This document shows, piece by piece, positions 29,186 to 39,979 of a DNA stretch of 64,000 nt. Location: positions 2,720,001 to 2,784,000 of the forward strand of contig OZ244587.1 of NCBI GenBank assembly GCA_965218095.1, given 5' to 3'. A program made the translations under genes and the position numbers. Positions within the stretch are counted from its first letter, which is position 1; each line of letters begins with the position of its first letter. The notes beneath the pieces are model-generated. The model had not been told where the DNA came from. It searched no databases and saw only the letters and a program-made list of their open reading frames with translations. The DNA is from Candidatus Poribacteria bacterium (GTDB lineage Bacteria > Poribacteria > WGA-4E > PCPOR2b).

Positions 29186-30154
29186 ATGAAAAAGAACTGG
29201 AAACCTGTCGATCTGGCTGAAGTTACCACCTATCCGATTCGTGATCGGGTCAATAAAGTCTCGATCCACGACTTCGCCTCGCCGCCATCGGGGAAGGGTT
29301 CTGATGAACTGCTGACTTCCCTGCCGAGGATCCTCAAAGCCGCGGACTTCCTTGAATTGGTGGATCTAATCGTTGCAGCGCATCGACGCGATAAGCCGAT
29401 CATTGTGATGTTGGGCGGGCACGTCATCAAATGTGGGCTGAGTCCGATTCTGATCGATTTGATGGAAGGTGGGGTCATTACGGCGCTTGCCTTCAACGGG
29501 GGGTGTAGCATCCACGATTTTGAGATTGCCCTCATCGGCGAAACCTCCGAAGATGTCGGCGAATACCTCCAAACCGGTCGGTTTGGCATGGTCGAAGAAA
29601 CAGGGCGTTTTATGAACGAAGCCATCCGAGGTGCCGCCGACGCAGGAATTGGTATGGGAGAGGGGCTTGGTCGGAAGCTGATCCAACTCGATGTGCCTTA
29701 TGGCGATTACAGTCTACTTGTTGCTGGTGTGCGGCTAGGCATTCCGATCACAGTGCACGTCGCAGTCGGGACGGACATTATCCATCAACACCCATTGGCG
29801 GATGGCGCCGCAATCGGGGGGACAAGCTTCATCGATTTTCGCCTGCTTACAGCGATTGTCACCGAACTTGGCGATGGTGGAGTTGTACTGAATCTTGGCT
29901 CCGCGGTCATCTTACCGGAGGTTTTCCTCAAAGCCTTGACAATTGCGCGGAACCTGGGAAACCGTGTAACGCATTTTACCACGGCGAATTTCGACATGAT
30001 CCAGCATTATCGGCCAGAGGAAAACGTCGTCAAACGCCCGACGAACATCGGAGGACAGGGTTACACGTTTACCGGGCATCACGAGCTCATGATTCCGCTG
30101 CTGGCAAGCGTGGTTGTCGGAAGAATCGAAAAGGGGAAAGCTAAGCTGAAATAG
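29186..30154 (+). CDS. Deoxyhypusine synthase-like protein
   Basis: GGHVIKCG, IHDFEIA, GTDIIH, GSAVILPEVFLKA, GHHE. Confidence 0.7.
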   Translation: MKKNWKPVDLAEVTTYPIRDRVNKVSIHDFASPPSGKGSDELLTSLPRILKAADFLELVDLIVAAHRRDKPIIVMLGGHVIKCGLSPILIDLMEGGVITALAFNGGCSIHDFEIALIGETSEDVGEYLQTGRFGMVEETGRFMNEAIRGAADAGIGMGEGLGRKLIQLDVPYGDYSLLVAGVRLGIPITVHVAVGTDIIHQHPLADGAAIGGTSFIDFRLLTAIVTELGDGGVVLNLGSAVILPEVFLKALTIARNLGNRVTHFTTANFDMIQHYRPEENVVKRPTNIGGQGYTFTGHHELMIPLLASVVVGRIEKGKAKLK

Positions 30155-30368
30155 ATTGGGAATATTCTGCTCGAAAGAATTGGTAGTTCCTGAAACCAAC
30201 ATGCCGATTGGGAAAACCAAACCAATCTTATTATGAACCATTTCTTTCGGTGTCAGTTTATCCAGTGAAGTGCGTAATGTGTTGAAAACAGTTTGTGTAT
30301 CATAGGTGATGTTCATGGGGTGACGCCTCCTACCGAAGCCGCTGTCATTCCGCAACCGCGTATAGCTT

Positions 30369-31330
30369 TCAAAAACTCGCCAGCAAGCTCAAAAAATGGG
30401 TGCTGATCAGATCATTGGTGAGCAGGGCATAATCCAGCCGAAAGCGATCAATGTGCATCCCAACGCCACCGGTGAAATCACCATCGCGGAGTCCAACCCG
30501 TAAAGTGAGGGGATTGCTGAACTGGTATTCTAAACCGAAGTGATTTTGCCCACCATACCGTGTCTCGTGTTCATAAGCCAAAACCAGTTGATGGCTGAAG
30601 AGCAGATCGTTGTGATAAGAAAACCCAAGCTTGACGTTCGTGGGAATCGATTTGCGTTGGGATTCAGTATTCCACGTCAGTGTCGTCTTGGAAATATCCT
30701 GCACATTCAATCTAACCGAAAAGCCGCCAAACCCTTCAGCGCCGACGGTGGCATTCGTATCTAATACACGAATCAAGACTCCAGCGTCGAAGCTAACGCC
30801 ATCGGCAGAGGCGCCAATGAGCGATTGCGAGATCCGCTTTACGTTTACGCCAAACAGGAACTCTGGCGGCTGCGAATTTCTACCAAAATTGTCCCACCAC
30901 TCCTGACTGATTGCGAATCTCGCAGCCATAGTCAGAACGTAGGCATTTTCGCTATCGCTGAGGAAGCTGGTTGGCTCAAAATTTGGGCGATATTTCGCGA
31001 TGTCCCGCCGTTCACCAGGACCAATATTCGGATCGAACGCCGGATAAATCGGGATGTCATCAACGCCTGCATGAATCCACGATGCACCGAGTGCCAACCA
31101 TGGACTCATCTGATTGATAGCGACGATGTAATTAAAGCTCCCCAATCCAGCAGAGCGGCGGACTGCGTGCATCAAGCTAATCTGGACCTCGTCAGTGAGC
31201 GCGGCAACACCAGCAGGATTCCAGTAGGTAGCGGTGACGTCATTGGCGACGCCCACCGATGAAAGTCGCCCGTGTAGTTTTCCCCCGTGCTGACGGGAGA
31301 AAGAGAAAATTCATCAGCAGCATAAGAACT
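30369..31330 (-). pseudogene. PorV/PorQ-like outer-membrane beta-barrel with a damaged N-terminus
   Basis: ANDVTATYWNPAG, LRVG, LDYA, C-terminal F; upstream ENYTGDF is out of frame and the usual GARALGMGGA segment is missing. Confidence 0.65.
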
Positions 31331-31466
31331 GGCGTAAAACGCGAAGCGTGAAACGTGATTCTAGTCAATTCATTATTGATTAGAAACTGTTGAGAGGGTT
31401 GCGTGAAACGTGCATATTACACAATCCAACCGGGGGGGTGTCAATTGGGAAGTCGTAACCAAGGCG

Positions 31467-31495
31467 TTGACATTTTTAAACAAATATGGTACATT
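31467..31495 (+). promoter_or_regulatory. sigma70-type promoter
   Basis: TTGACA-17 bp-TACATT with extended TG. Confidence 0.55.
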
Positions 31496-31614
31496 TGCAA
31501 TGTTTCAAAAGCAGCCGATTTCTACAAATGTCAACCAGCCGCTTGAATGATTTGCCTCAAAATAACTATGCCTACTTTTGAGGAACATCAACAAAAAACG
31601 AGAGGTGCAAAACC

Positions 31615-31977
31615 ATGAAAATTACACCAAACCAAATTGTCTCATTGGGATATAGCAAATTTTTTAGATCCGACGCCATTATTGGACTCGAACCGATTGA
31701 AGAAGGTCGCGGACCCGGCAAGCGGACGTATGTCTACCTGCAGGGACATACGACACCTATCGTTGCCTCTAGGTCTGAGAGTGCGATCCTCCACGATCTC
31801 ATTGAGGCGCCGACGGAGGTTATCGATACCCGTGAACAGTTGGAACTATTGAAGGACATCGTGGAGGCATTAGAAACCATCCAACCGATGCTCAGGTCTA
31901 TTGTCCGTGATCAAGGAAATTGGGACTTAGACCGGTTGGAAGAACGGTTGAAGGCGCTGCTAGGTGGCGAAGAATAA
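31615..31977 (+). CDS. Conserved hypothetical protein (N-terminus weakly RemA/DUF370-like)
   Basis: SD GAGGTG; IVSLGYSKFFRSDAIIGLEP. Confidence 0.6.
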   Translation: MKITPNQIVSLGYSKFFRSDAIIGLEPIEEGRGPGKRTYVYLQGHTTPIVASRSESAILHDLIEAPTEVIDTREQLELLKDIVEALETIQPMLRSIVRDQGNWDLDRLEERLKALLGGEE

Positions 31978-32968
31978 TGTGCGACACAACAATGCTCTTC
32001 ATGCAATAGAAATGTGCACACAATCAAGAAACAGTACAATTACGGCCATCAATGGGCTCAAAGTTGGACATGCGACAAATGCGACAACACGCACAGGCTG
32101 CACAGTAATTCTCTGCGAATCTGGCGGAGTTGCCGGCGTTGATGTCCGCGGATCTGCGCCCGGCACCAGAGAAACCGACGCGATTCGTCCGGGCGGATTG
32201 GTAGGGCAAGCCCACGCAATTTTACTCACAGGAGGTAGTGCGTTTGGATTGGACGCAGCGGGGGGAGTTATGCAATTCCTTGAGGAACGCGGTGTTGGAT
32301 TTCCAGCAGGACCGGTGCGCATGCCCATTGTGCCGAGCGCGGTGATCTTCGACCTCGGCGTCGGCGACCCGAAGGTGCGTCCAGATCGCAGGATGGGCTA
32401 TCAAGCCTGCGTGAACGCGGGGTGCGATCCGGTCGATATGGGGCAAGTCGGGGTGGGTACAGGCGCAACGGTTGGGAAAGGTCCAGGACTACTGCCATCA
32501 AATGGCGGCGTCGGATCGGCGTGTCGAGCGTTGAAATCGGGACTGATGGTCGGGGCGATTGTCGTTGTCAATGCGGTTGGAAATGTCGTCGATCCGAGGA
32601 CGGGGGAAATCGTGACGGGAGCAAGAGATTCGGAGACCGGCGAGTTTGTGGATATTACAGCGAAGTTATTAGATCAGGCGGACGCAGATCGATTCCAAAG
32701 GGCTAGTACGAACACAACCATCAGCCTCGTGGGGACAAATGCTGCTCTCTCACCCACAGAAGTCACGAAGGTTGCCCAGATGGCGCACGACGGCTTGGCA
32801 CGAACGATTCGCCCGGTTCATACGATGTTCGATGGGGACACTATTTTTGCCCTTTCGGTGGGAACGCAGGACGCATCCGTCAATACCGTTGGTGTCATTG
32901 CAGCGGAGGTTATGGCTGAGGCGGTCTTGCGGGCGGTGGCGGGTGAAACATTGAAACATAATGAGTAA
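31964..32968 (+). CDS. P1/S58 (DmpA-like) peptidase
   Basis: VDVRGSAPGTRE, LTGGSAFGL, NTTI autoprocessing site, HTMFDGD. Confidence 0.92.
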   Translation: MAKNNVRHNNALHAIEMCTQSRNSTITAINGLKVGHATNATTRTGCTVILCESGGVAGVDVRGSAPGTRETDAIRPGGLVGQAHAILLTGGSAFGLDAAGGVMQFLEERGVGFPAGPVRMPIVPSAVIFDLGVGDPKVRPDRRMGYQACVNAGCDPVDMGQVGVGTGATVGKGPGLLPSNGGVGSACRALKSGLMVGAIVVVNAVGNVVDPRTGEIVTGARDSETGEFVDITAKLLDQADADRFQRASTNTTISLVGTNAALSPTEVTKVAQMAHDGLARTIRPVHTMFDGDTIFALSVGTQDASVNTVGVIAAEVMAEAVLRAVAGETLKHNE

Positions 32969-33077
32969 TGCGTAAAACGTAAATCCAAGAGTTCAAAAGT
33001 TCATTTGTTCAGAAGTCAATACCCATCAATCCATTTACCTGTTTATTTTCTTGATTTCTAGATTCACTCGTTCATCG

Positions 33078-33587
33078 TTAGAGTGCTTGTTCGCCTGAAG
33101 CGAGGCGTTTAGGCTGGAAGCGTGATTTCAGTTGCTTGACGGTTTGACGAATTGCTCCGCTAAAACCTTGTGATTCCTGCAATATCTCAATCTGTTCCGC
33201 TTGCCGCTCAACCTGTTGGCTCAAATGCATGATGATCGCCTGCGCGCGTTTGCTTGATTCTTCAGCGGCGGCTTGCATCTGATCAATCAAGGCATCGGAT
33301 CGCTTAACTTCCGCTTCTATTCGAGCCTCCAACCGTTCGATTTGAGCGTAGAGATACTGGTTCTCTTCAGTCAATTTCTCAAGTCGCGCATCCTTTTCAC
33401 GAACCAGCATCCGTAAATAGGCAAGCTCATGTTGCCCCAACAGGAGATGATGCACCGAACCATTTGGACTGGATAGCTGGATTGTTTGCAGGGCGTTTGG
33501 GGGTTGAACCGATGTTTCGGCAGTCGCAATCTGGTTTTCCACTATATACTCCTTTTCCACGTTTCTTGTCTCGGTCTCCAATTTCAT
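33078..33587 (-). CDS. Coiled-coil hypothetical protein
   Basis: Heptad E/Q/K-rich sequence. Confidence 0.6.
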   Translation of the reverse strand: MKLETETRNVEKEYIVENQIATAETSVQPPNALQTIQLSSPNGSVHHLLLGQHELAYLRMLVREKDARLEKLTEENQYLYAQIERLEARIEAEVKRSDALIDQMQAAAEESSKRAQAIIMHLSQQVERQAEQIEILQESQGFSGAIRQTVKQLKSRFQPKRLASGEQAL

Positions 33588-33798
33588 CTAATTGAATATC
33601 TACTGTAAATAACGATAACGCCCTTGGGAAAAATCGCGTTTCAACAAACTCATAGCGAGCAAGAGAGTCGTCAGGTGGGCAGTGCCGGATTACGGGGCTC
33701 GCCCATCAGGAGAGATATGGTTCAGGAATTGCCCTGATTAGGAACCAGGCGTCTGTGCGACCTCCTCCGGCAACCCCTGGGCAATAATCTTCCCGCTG

Positions 33799-34014
33799 TT
33801 ACCTTTCGCCGTACATATCCACCGCAAGTGCCATATAGCCCAATTCTGCCAACATCCGGGCGCGTTTGCGGGCATATTCGTCATGCCCCTACCATTCGTA
33901 TACGACGAGCACTCCGGGGCGTTTGCCCTTCACGCTGTCGTCGTAGATTAGGTATCCTGTCAACACCACGTTATCTGCGGTGTACTCAACCGGTTCCCCG
34001 TGTATAGCTGAACT
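33799..34014 (-). pseudogene. Dienelactone hydrolase fragment
   Basis: GKRPGVLVVYEW*GHDEYARKRARMLAELGYMALAVDMYG; TAG at 33889-33891; truncated. Confidence 0.8.
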
Positions 34015-34020
34015 GTGCTC

Positions 34021-34410
34021 CTACCCATCGCGATCAAGGGATTCGCTCTCAGGCAAATCCGCACCGGGCACAGGGTGGCCCTTTGCCAATTCAGGCGATC
34101 GGTGAAGATGCCCCAGACGTTTTTGCCCTATTGGCTCATCCTCGAAATAGAACGCCTCGAAGTCTTGATATACCGCCAACACATCGTGCTCGTCGCCAGC
34201 TTTAGTACACACAATGTCGCCTGGTTTGACGATGCATTCCTGCCCTTCTGTCATGATCTTGGCACAACCTTTGTAGACGAGCCAATATTCGTGATAATCG
34301 TGGTAATGCCGATCAAAGCGTCCATCGCGCGGGACTTTGAAAATTCCTGCGGCTGTCACTCTGCTCCATTCGGGTTTGTTTCCTTCTCGAAGTCCATGGT
34401 GTACAGGCAT
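34021..34410 (-). CDS. Cupin domain protein
   Basis: HYHDYHEYW...VKPGD...GDEH. Confidence 0.85.
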   Translation of the reverse strand: MPVHHGLREGNKPEWSRVTAAGIFKVPRDGRFDRHYHDYHEYWLVYKGCAKIMTEGQECIVKPGDIVCTKAGDEHDVLAVYQDFEAFYFEDEPIGQKRLGHLHRSPELAKGHPVPGADLPESESLDRDG

Positions 34411-34715
34411 TATGATTCCTCCTTCAGGTTCTGCGTTGGATTAAAGGTTTTGCAATACAAGAAAGTTTCCATACTGGGTTTCAAATTGACTCCCGGCCTT
34501 ACCAGCTACAGATAAAAAAGAACGGAATAAGTCGTTACAGGCTTTTAAATAAAATGCAAGGACGCCAGGGCGCAAAGAAAAGCATAAACAACCCCTCCAA
34601 CCTCCCCTTCGTAAGGGGAGGCTTGCGACTCTGCGTCTTTGCGTTAAATTAAGAGAGAAGCCTCTATCTACTCATTGCGATTAATTTTACAATTTTCATA
34701 TTTATATCCTTGTAT

Positions 34716-34863
34716 GGCTAACGAACAGAATTCAGTTGTCCGATGAATCGGACGAGCACGGCGCGGGTTTGCCGAAAACGTCCGACCAACCAAAACCTGC
34801 CGCAACCCACAAAACATTGATAAAACCGCAGCTTAAGCCGTCAACGGCAACGACTGGTTCGGC
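34716..34863 (-). mobile_element. Integron attC site 2 (148 bp)
   Basis: Minus strand GCCGAAC...GTTAGCC, directly after the SIMPL stop codon; collinear with attC1. Confidence 0.8.
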
Positions 34864-34867
34864 AGCT

Positions 34868-35605
34868 TCATTGCATTGCGTAATCGACTGTCACTACAGC
34901 ACCGACCTTCTTGGATATCGACGAGACGTCATTAGAGCGTTTCTCGGAAATACTGCTGGCGTCTGCAGAACGCACGCTGAATACACCCTGACGTGCAGCG
35001 CGGAGTGGACCCAGTTTCACACCACTACCTTCAGCTAGCGTCCTTGCTCGCACCCGCGCATCCTTTGTCGCTGCCACCAGTAACGGGCTCTTCAACTCGT
35101 TTACTAGTGTGTAATAGTAGCTGGGCATTCCTGCCTGTAGGTCTATCCCTTCCCCTAGAAGATCAGCAACCGCTGTCGATATTTTTGATATGTTCTGCAC
35201 ATCTCTCGATTTGACCGTGATTTCCTGCGATAGTTGAAATGCTTCTATCTCGCTTGTTTCGTATCCCTTTTCTGTCCGCTTCTTGCGCTCACTTACATGG
35301 ACTGAGAGAATTTCTGCCTCTTGGGCTTTCACACCGTTCTTCTTCAGAAAATCTAACACCTTCTCACGATGTGCAGCAAGAACTGCATATGCTTCTGCCA
35401 TATTCCTATTCCTTGCTTTGACCGTAATATGCCATATCGCCAAATCTGACTCGACTTGGGTCTCGGCATATCCCCTAACCTTGATAATCTGGTGAGACAT
35501 CCGTATGTCCCGCATCGCCTCCGTAACGAGGTAAGTCGAAATCACAAGACCGAGCGCAAGCAAGAAGCCAAATGGTATAAGTGCTTTCGCGTTGTGCATA
35601 CTCAA
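34868..35605 (-). CDS. SIMPL (DUF541) domain protein, integron gene cassette
   Basis: IKVRGYAE, ATKDARVRARTLA, ARQGVFSV; flanked by attC2 and attC3. Confidence 0.85.
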   Translation of the reverse strand: MSMHNAKALIPFGFLLALGLVISTYLVTEAMRDIRMSHQIIKVRGYAETQVESDLAIWHITVKARNRNMAEAYAVLAAHREKVLDFLKKNGVKAQEAEILSVHVSERKKRTEKGYETSEIEAFQLSQEITVKSRDVQNISKISTAVADLLGEGIDLQAGMPSYYYTLVNELKSPLLVAATKDARVRARTLAEGSGVKLGPLRAARQGVFSVRSADASSISEKRSNDVSSISKKVGAVVTVDYAMQ

Positions 35606-35624
35606 ACTTCTCCTTATCTTAGCT

Positions 35625-35754
35625 GCCTAACGACCAAAGTTTAGTTACGGCGGGGGTCTGCCGAAAGCCGTCCGACCAACCAAAACCCGCCACAGCCCCA
35701 AAAACATTGATAAAATCACAGCTCCCTACCGTCGACTGCAACGACCGGTTAGGC
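35625..35754 (-). mobile_element. Integron attC site 3 (130 bp)
   Basis: GCCTAAC...GTTAGGC; homologous to attC1 and attC2 but lacking their extra palindrome. Confidence 0.82.
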
Positions 35755-35990
35755 ATGTTCTTTTGTGTGATATTTTTCTTCTATTTCACGAATGAAAAGA
35801 TCTATCTATTCAGGCTCTTTTCTGATGGGCGACTTGAGCATGTTCCTTGAGGAATGACCAGCCCCACGAACAATCTCAAAAGTAGATACGTTGTCCTACT
35901 CAGGGAAGAGTGCCCTATATTCTTGATAGTTAGAGGCCCGTTCAAATCGGTGCTTCCTCTGGGAATTCGCCTGTACTATCATTAAACCTT
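35749..35990 (-). pseudogene. Degraded cassette ORF tail
   Basis: STFEIVRGAGHSS...E*IDLFIREIEEKYHTKEHA*, with the stop inside R'' of attC3. Confidence 0.45.
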
Positions 35991-36262
35991 TGAGAAATCT
36001 GCGCCGTGACTTTATTGTGCCATGAAAACGAAAAAATGAAACCCCGATAGATCGGGGCAGGCTGTGATACGTGAAACGTCTTGCTTCTTACGCAGTACGT
36101 TCTCGGCTAATGAAAGCACGGCGCCTCCAGAGCGCACCACGCATTTAGTGATACGAACACCACGCCATTATTGACGGAAAAAAAGGCTCAAAGACTAAAT
36201 TTTTCCAATCTTATCATTACACTCCAAGTTTGTCAAGCGAATTGTAATGATGTTAGAAAGTC

Positions 36263-36291
36263 TTGACTTTTCTTCCAATCTTTGCTATTCT
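36263..36291 (+). promoter_or_regulatory. sigma70-type promoter
   Basis: TTGACT-17 bp-TATTCT with extended TG. Confidence 0.55.
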
Positions 36292-36492
36292 AGTATTTCA
36301 TAAGGTTTAAGTTACTAAAAAGTAACCAGTAACCCTTCAGAGGATTTGACGTCGTCCGGGGCGCGTAAGATTCCGTATGAGATCAGATAGACCAACGCTT
36401 GCCTGATTTCAATATGATGCGACTGAATCAGTCCCTGCTCCCTCGAATCCTGAAGTAAAGACGGTGAATGCTCAACGACGAGGAAAAGCGTA

Positions 36493-37074
36493 TTGATGCG
36501 AAAATGTATTCTGCGCACCACTTCCGTGCTTGCTATACTGATTGCACTATCCACCTGGATTGGCTGTGCCGCTTCAGGTGGTGGCAGTAAAATGTTGGAG
36601 GAAGAAGAACAGGTTGCTGTGATAACAACAGAGAAAGGAACAATTGTCATTGAATTGTATCCGGATGCAGCGCCTGCTACAGTTGACAATTTTAAGCAAC
36701 TGGTTGAGAAAAAGTTCTACGATTGGCTGACGTTTCATCGCAGAGAAGACAAACCAGGTCTGAATATTATTCAGGGAGGTGATCCGAAAGGGGATGGGAC
36801 CGGTGGTCCCGGTCATACCATCATTGACGAATATACCAATCCGAATCAAGTTCCTCACCTAAGAGGAACAATCGCAATGGCACGGACGAACGAGCCCGAT
36901 TCGGCAGGGAGTCAATTTTACATCTGCCTCAAAGCACAGCCGGGGCTCGACGGCCGGTACACAACGTTTGGTCAAGTCATTCAGGGTATGGAAGTCGTCG
37001 ATCGACTGAGGGTTGGCGACATAATGAAAAAAGTTCGATTGGAGGCGAAGTCAAAATATGTTACCCCAAAGTAG
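36493..37074 (+). CDS. Cyclophilin-type peptidylprolyl isomerase, lipoprotein
   Basis: Lipobox WIGC; FHR, IQGGDP, AMAR, GSQFYI, YTTFGQV. Confidence 0.93.
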   Translation: MMRKCILRTTSVLAILIALSTWIGCAASGGGSKMLEEEEQVAVITTEKGTIVIELYPDAAPATVDNFKQLVEKKFYDWLTFHRREDKPGLNIIQGGDPKGDGTGGPGHTIIDEYTNPNQVPHLRGTIAMARTNEPDSAGSQFYICLKAQPGLDGRYTTFGQVIQGMEVVDRLRVGDIMKKVRLEAKSKYVTPK

Positions 37075-37654
37075 GAACCGAATAAGCAACACCACATGCT
37101 TTACTGTGATGCTTCTTGCAGCACTGTTCACCATATACCTCGTAAGCTGTTCACAGGAAGAGAAAGCCCCACCAAAGCCAAGGGCGCGTCGAACTGTGAG
37201 TGGCCCCGTGCAAAAAAAAGGGCCACAGATCGACATTCATAACGCCATCGCTGTAATTGAAACCGCCAAAGGGACGATCGAAATGGAATTTTTTGCAGAT
37301 ACTGCGCCCAAAACTGTAGAAAACTTTATCAAGAACGCGCGATTGGGATATTATAAGAATGAACCATTCCATCGCGTTGAACCCGAAACACTTATTCAAG
37401 CGGGTTCTCACATGCTTAGGGACACAATACCGATCGAGGCGGGCGAGCACGAACCCGTTCGAGGCGTAATTGCAATGGCAAAGGAGGAGGGGGCAACTGA
37501 AGCCGATGCCGCCGAATTCTTTATCTGCCTCGATACGCTTGTACTAGATAGTGACTACACCCTATTCGGTAAAATCACGAAAGGACTTGATGTGATCGAT
37601 AACATTGAGCAAGGTGACAAGATTGTGAACGTCACCATTCGTGAAAAAGGTTAG
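37058..37654 (+). CDS. Second, divergent cyclophilin-like lipoprotein
   Basis: Lipobox LVSC; FHRVE, GVIAMAK, EFFI, YTLFG. Confidence 0.85.
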   Translation: MLPQSRNRISNTTCFTVMLLAALFTIYLVSCSQEEKAPPKPRARRTVSGPVQKKGPQIDIHNAIAVIETAKGTIEMEFFADTAPKTVENFIKNARLGYYKNEPFHRVEPETLIQAGSHMLRDTIPIEAGEHEPVRGVIAMAKEEGATEADAAEFFICLDTLVLDSDYTLFGKITKGLDVIDNIEQGDKIVNVTIREKG

Positions 37655-37793
37655 ATATTGTCGGAAGGGTTCAGTTCCCAGTCCAGTGAAGTGAACGTTT
37701 TCCAGTTGGTGTGTCTTTTTGCGTAAAACGTAAAACGTAAAAGAGGTCTTCTTACGTTTTACGTTTTATTTCATTTAAAAGAAAGGAATCTTT

Positions 37794-38162
37794 ATGGCAT
37801 TAACTATCATCCACATAGCCCGTCCAAGTCCGGTTTGGCAGGAAACTTACGTTCGCGTTAAGAAGGAACAACGCCTGGTCATTGATGCGCAAGGTGCATG
37901 GTCGCCGGATACACAGAATCGTATCTGCTGGTGCGGTGCTGATGGTATTGCAAATTTACCCGCTGAAGAAGGTTACCTGATGCCCGGGGCCAACGTTGGT
38001 GCGTTAATTGCCAAAATCGGCGATACGGTTTTTGCGGTTGGTTCACGATACGATAATCCCGCTCCGGCTGACGGCGTGCTCTTCCTCGCAATGAACGAAA
38101 ATCTAGACCACAACAATCAAGCGGGATCTCTGCCTGTGCAAATCATCGTTTTTGATGAATAA
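37794..38162 (+). CDS. Small beta-sandwich protein, PA-IL/LecA lectin-like
   Basis: WQET..V, A.G.W, GALIAKIG, G.LFLAMNE pattern. Confidence 0.55.
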   Translation: MALTIIHIARPSPVWQETYVRVKKEQRLVIDAQGAWSPDTQNRICWCGADGIANLPAEEGYLMPGANVGALIAKIGDTVFAVGSRYDNPAPADGVLFLAMNENLDHNNQAGSLPVQIIVFDE

Positions 38163-38254
38163 TCTATCCTTCAAATACACTGCGCGGATTTTCAACCCCG
38201 ATCTTTGATTGGGGTTTCATTATCCAATCCCGTTCCTTATAAGGAGGTGCAAAA

Positions 38255-38635
38255 ATGGCGGAAGGATCAAAAGAGAGAACTTCAGACAGCGCACAATCAA
38301 CCCAACAGGAAAGACCGAAGTTGCCGCCTGTTGATTTTTCCACTTTCATTTCAGAGCTTGCGGCGACTGCTTTTGCTTACCTCGGTGGGCTTCAAAATCC
38401 GGAGACGAAAGAGATGCTGGTCGATCTCGAACTGGCAAAGCGGACGATTGACACAATTGACCTCCTCAAAGAAAAGACAAAAAGCAACTTAACGGTTCCG
38501 GAAAGCAATTTATTAGATAGTACTTTGTACAATCTCAGAATGACTTATATAAGAGTGGCGAATAATCCTCCCAAGCCGGAAACCTCAGAATCGATGAGCG
38601 AAACACCATCCGAAGAAACAAAAACGGAAGGTTGA
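38255..38635 (+). CDS. DUF1844 domain protein
   Basis: VDFSTFI...AKRTIDTIDLLKEKTKSNL..E. Confidence 0.85.
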   Translation: MAEGSKERTSDSAQSTQQERPKLPPVDFSTFISELAATAFAYLGGLQNPETKEMLVDLELAKRTIDTIDLLKEKTKSNLTVPESNLLDSTLYNLRMTYIRVANNPPKPETSESMSETPSEETKTEG

Positions 38636-38793
38636 ACAAACCCGATCAACTCCGATCGCTTGCTATCGGAGCTCGGCTTTTAATTCCCTTCGCCCTCGTG
38701 TCAAGGATTGGCCGCTTTTAGCAGAGTCAAATTTAGCGACAAACCTTCCGAAGGTTAAAACATTGATGATTCGCTGAATTCACGGAGGGATAA

Positions 38794-39933
38794 ATGGGAA
38801 TTACCGATGTAAAGGCGACTACACTCAAGGGATACAAGCAATGGAACTACATTCTGATTGAAACCGATGAAGGGGTCACAGGGCTGGGGGAAGCCCATCC
38901 GGGGGAAGGGGTTATTGATGTCGCTCTCAAGCAACTCAAGCCGCTTCTTCTGGGGAAAGACCCCCGGGATGTGGAGCCGCTCTATCACTAGATGGTTAAT
39001 GCGCCCAGGAACCGAGCCAGTATTTGCTTATCTGCTATTGGGGGTGTGGAAACCGCACTCTGGGACCTGACGGGCAAGGCGATGGGCGTACCGGTCTATC
39101 GGCTGCTCGGGGGAAAATACCGGGATGGCATCCGACTCTATGCGGATGTCGGGTGGGGCGAAACACATACGCCTGAAGACTGGGCACAGCGAGCACGAGA
39201 GGGCGTGGCAGATGGATACCAGGCAATCAAGTTCGACATCAATGGTTCGGCGGACGAACTCCGACTGGACGCAGTGAATCGGGAATTGAGCACAGCAGAG
39301 TTGGAGAAGATGACGGCATTGGTCGCAGCGGTACGAGACGCGGTGGGAAACAGGATAGACGTTTGTATTGACTGCCACGGTATCTACAGCGTCCATGCGG
39401 CAATGCTGCTGGCAGAACGTCTGGAACCGTTCAACCTGTTCTTCCTGGAAGACCCCGTGCCAAATGAGAACGTCGAGGCCATGGCGAAAGTGGCGGCGTC
39501 CACATCGATTCCAATCTGCACGGGGGAATACTTGTATCGGCGCGACGGGTTCCGGGAGCTCATTCAAGCGCAGGCGTGTGACATACTCCATGTCGATATC
39601 TCAGGGACCGGTGGGATGCTGGAAGCGAAGAAAATCGCTGACCTGGCAGACCTCTACTATATGCCGTTCGCTGCACACAATATCACGTCGCCGGTGGGGA
39701 TAACCGCATCCGCCCACGTCTGCGCGGCGGTGAGAAATCTGTTCATCATGGAGTTGCCCTATCATGCAGATCAGGTGCCGTGGCGGTGGGATTTGGTCAA
39801 GTCTGAAGAACCCCTGATTCAGGATGGTGAATTTGTCCTGCCTGAAGCGCCGGGGCTGGGAATCGGACTGAACGAGGCAGTGGCAAGAGAACATCTGATG
39901 CCGGGGTACGGTTACTTTGGAGAGTCATTGTAG
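38794..39933 (+). pseudogene. Mandelate racemase/enolase superfamily protein with one in-frame TAG
   Basis: Continuous frame except TAG at 38989-38991; ETALWDL, KFD, DCH, EDP, GE, AAH, PGLG. Confidence 0.85.
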
Positions 39934-39979
39934 TCCGAAATTCCGATTGCGACAACTTGATGAAATGGGAGGGACAAAG

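Noticed and set aside
29912-30355. Minus-strand ORF with an SD before MNITYDTQ
   Set aside because: It may be a truncated gene start, but it runs antisense into the 29186-30154 gene and has no recognisable motif
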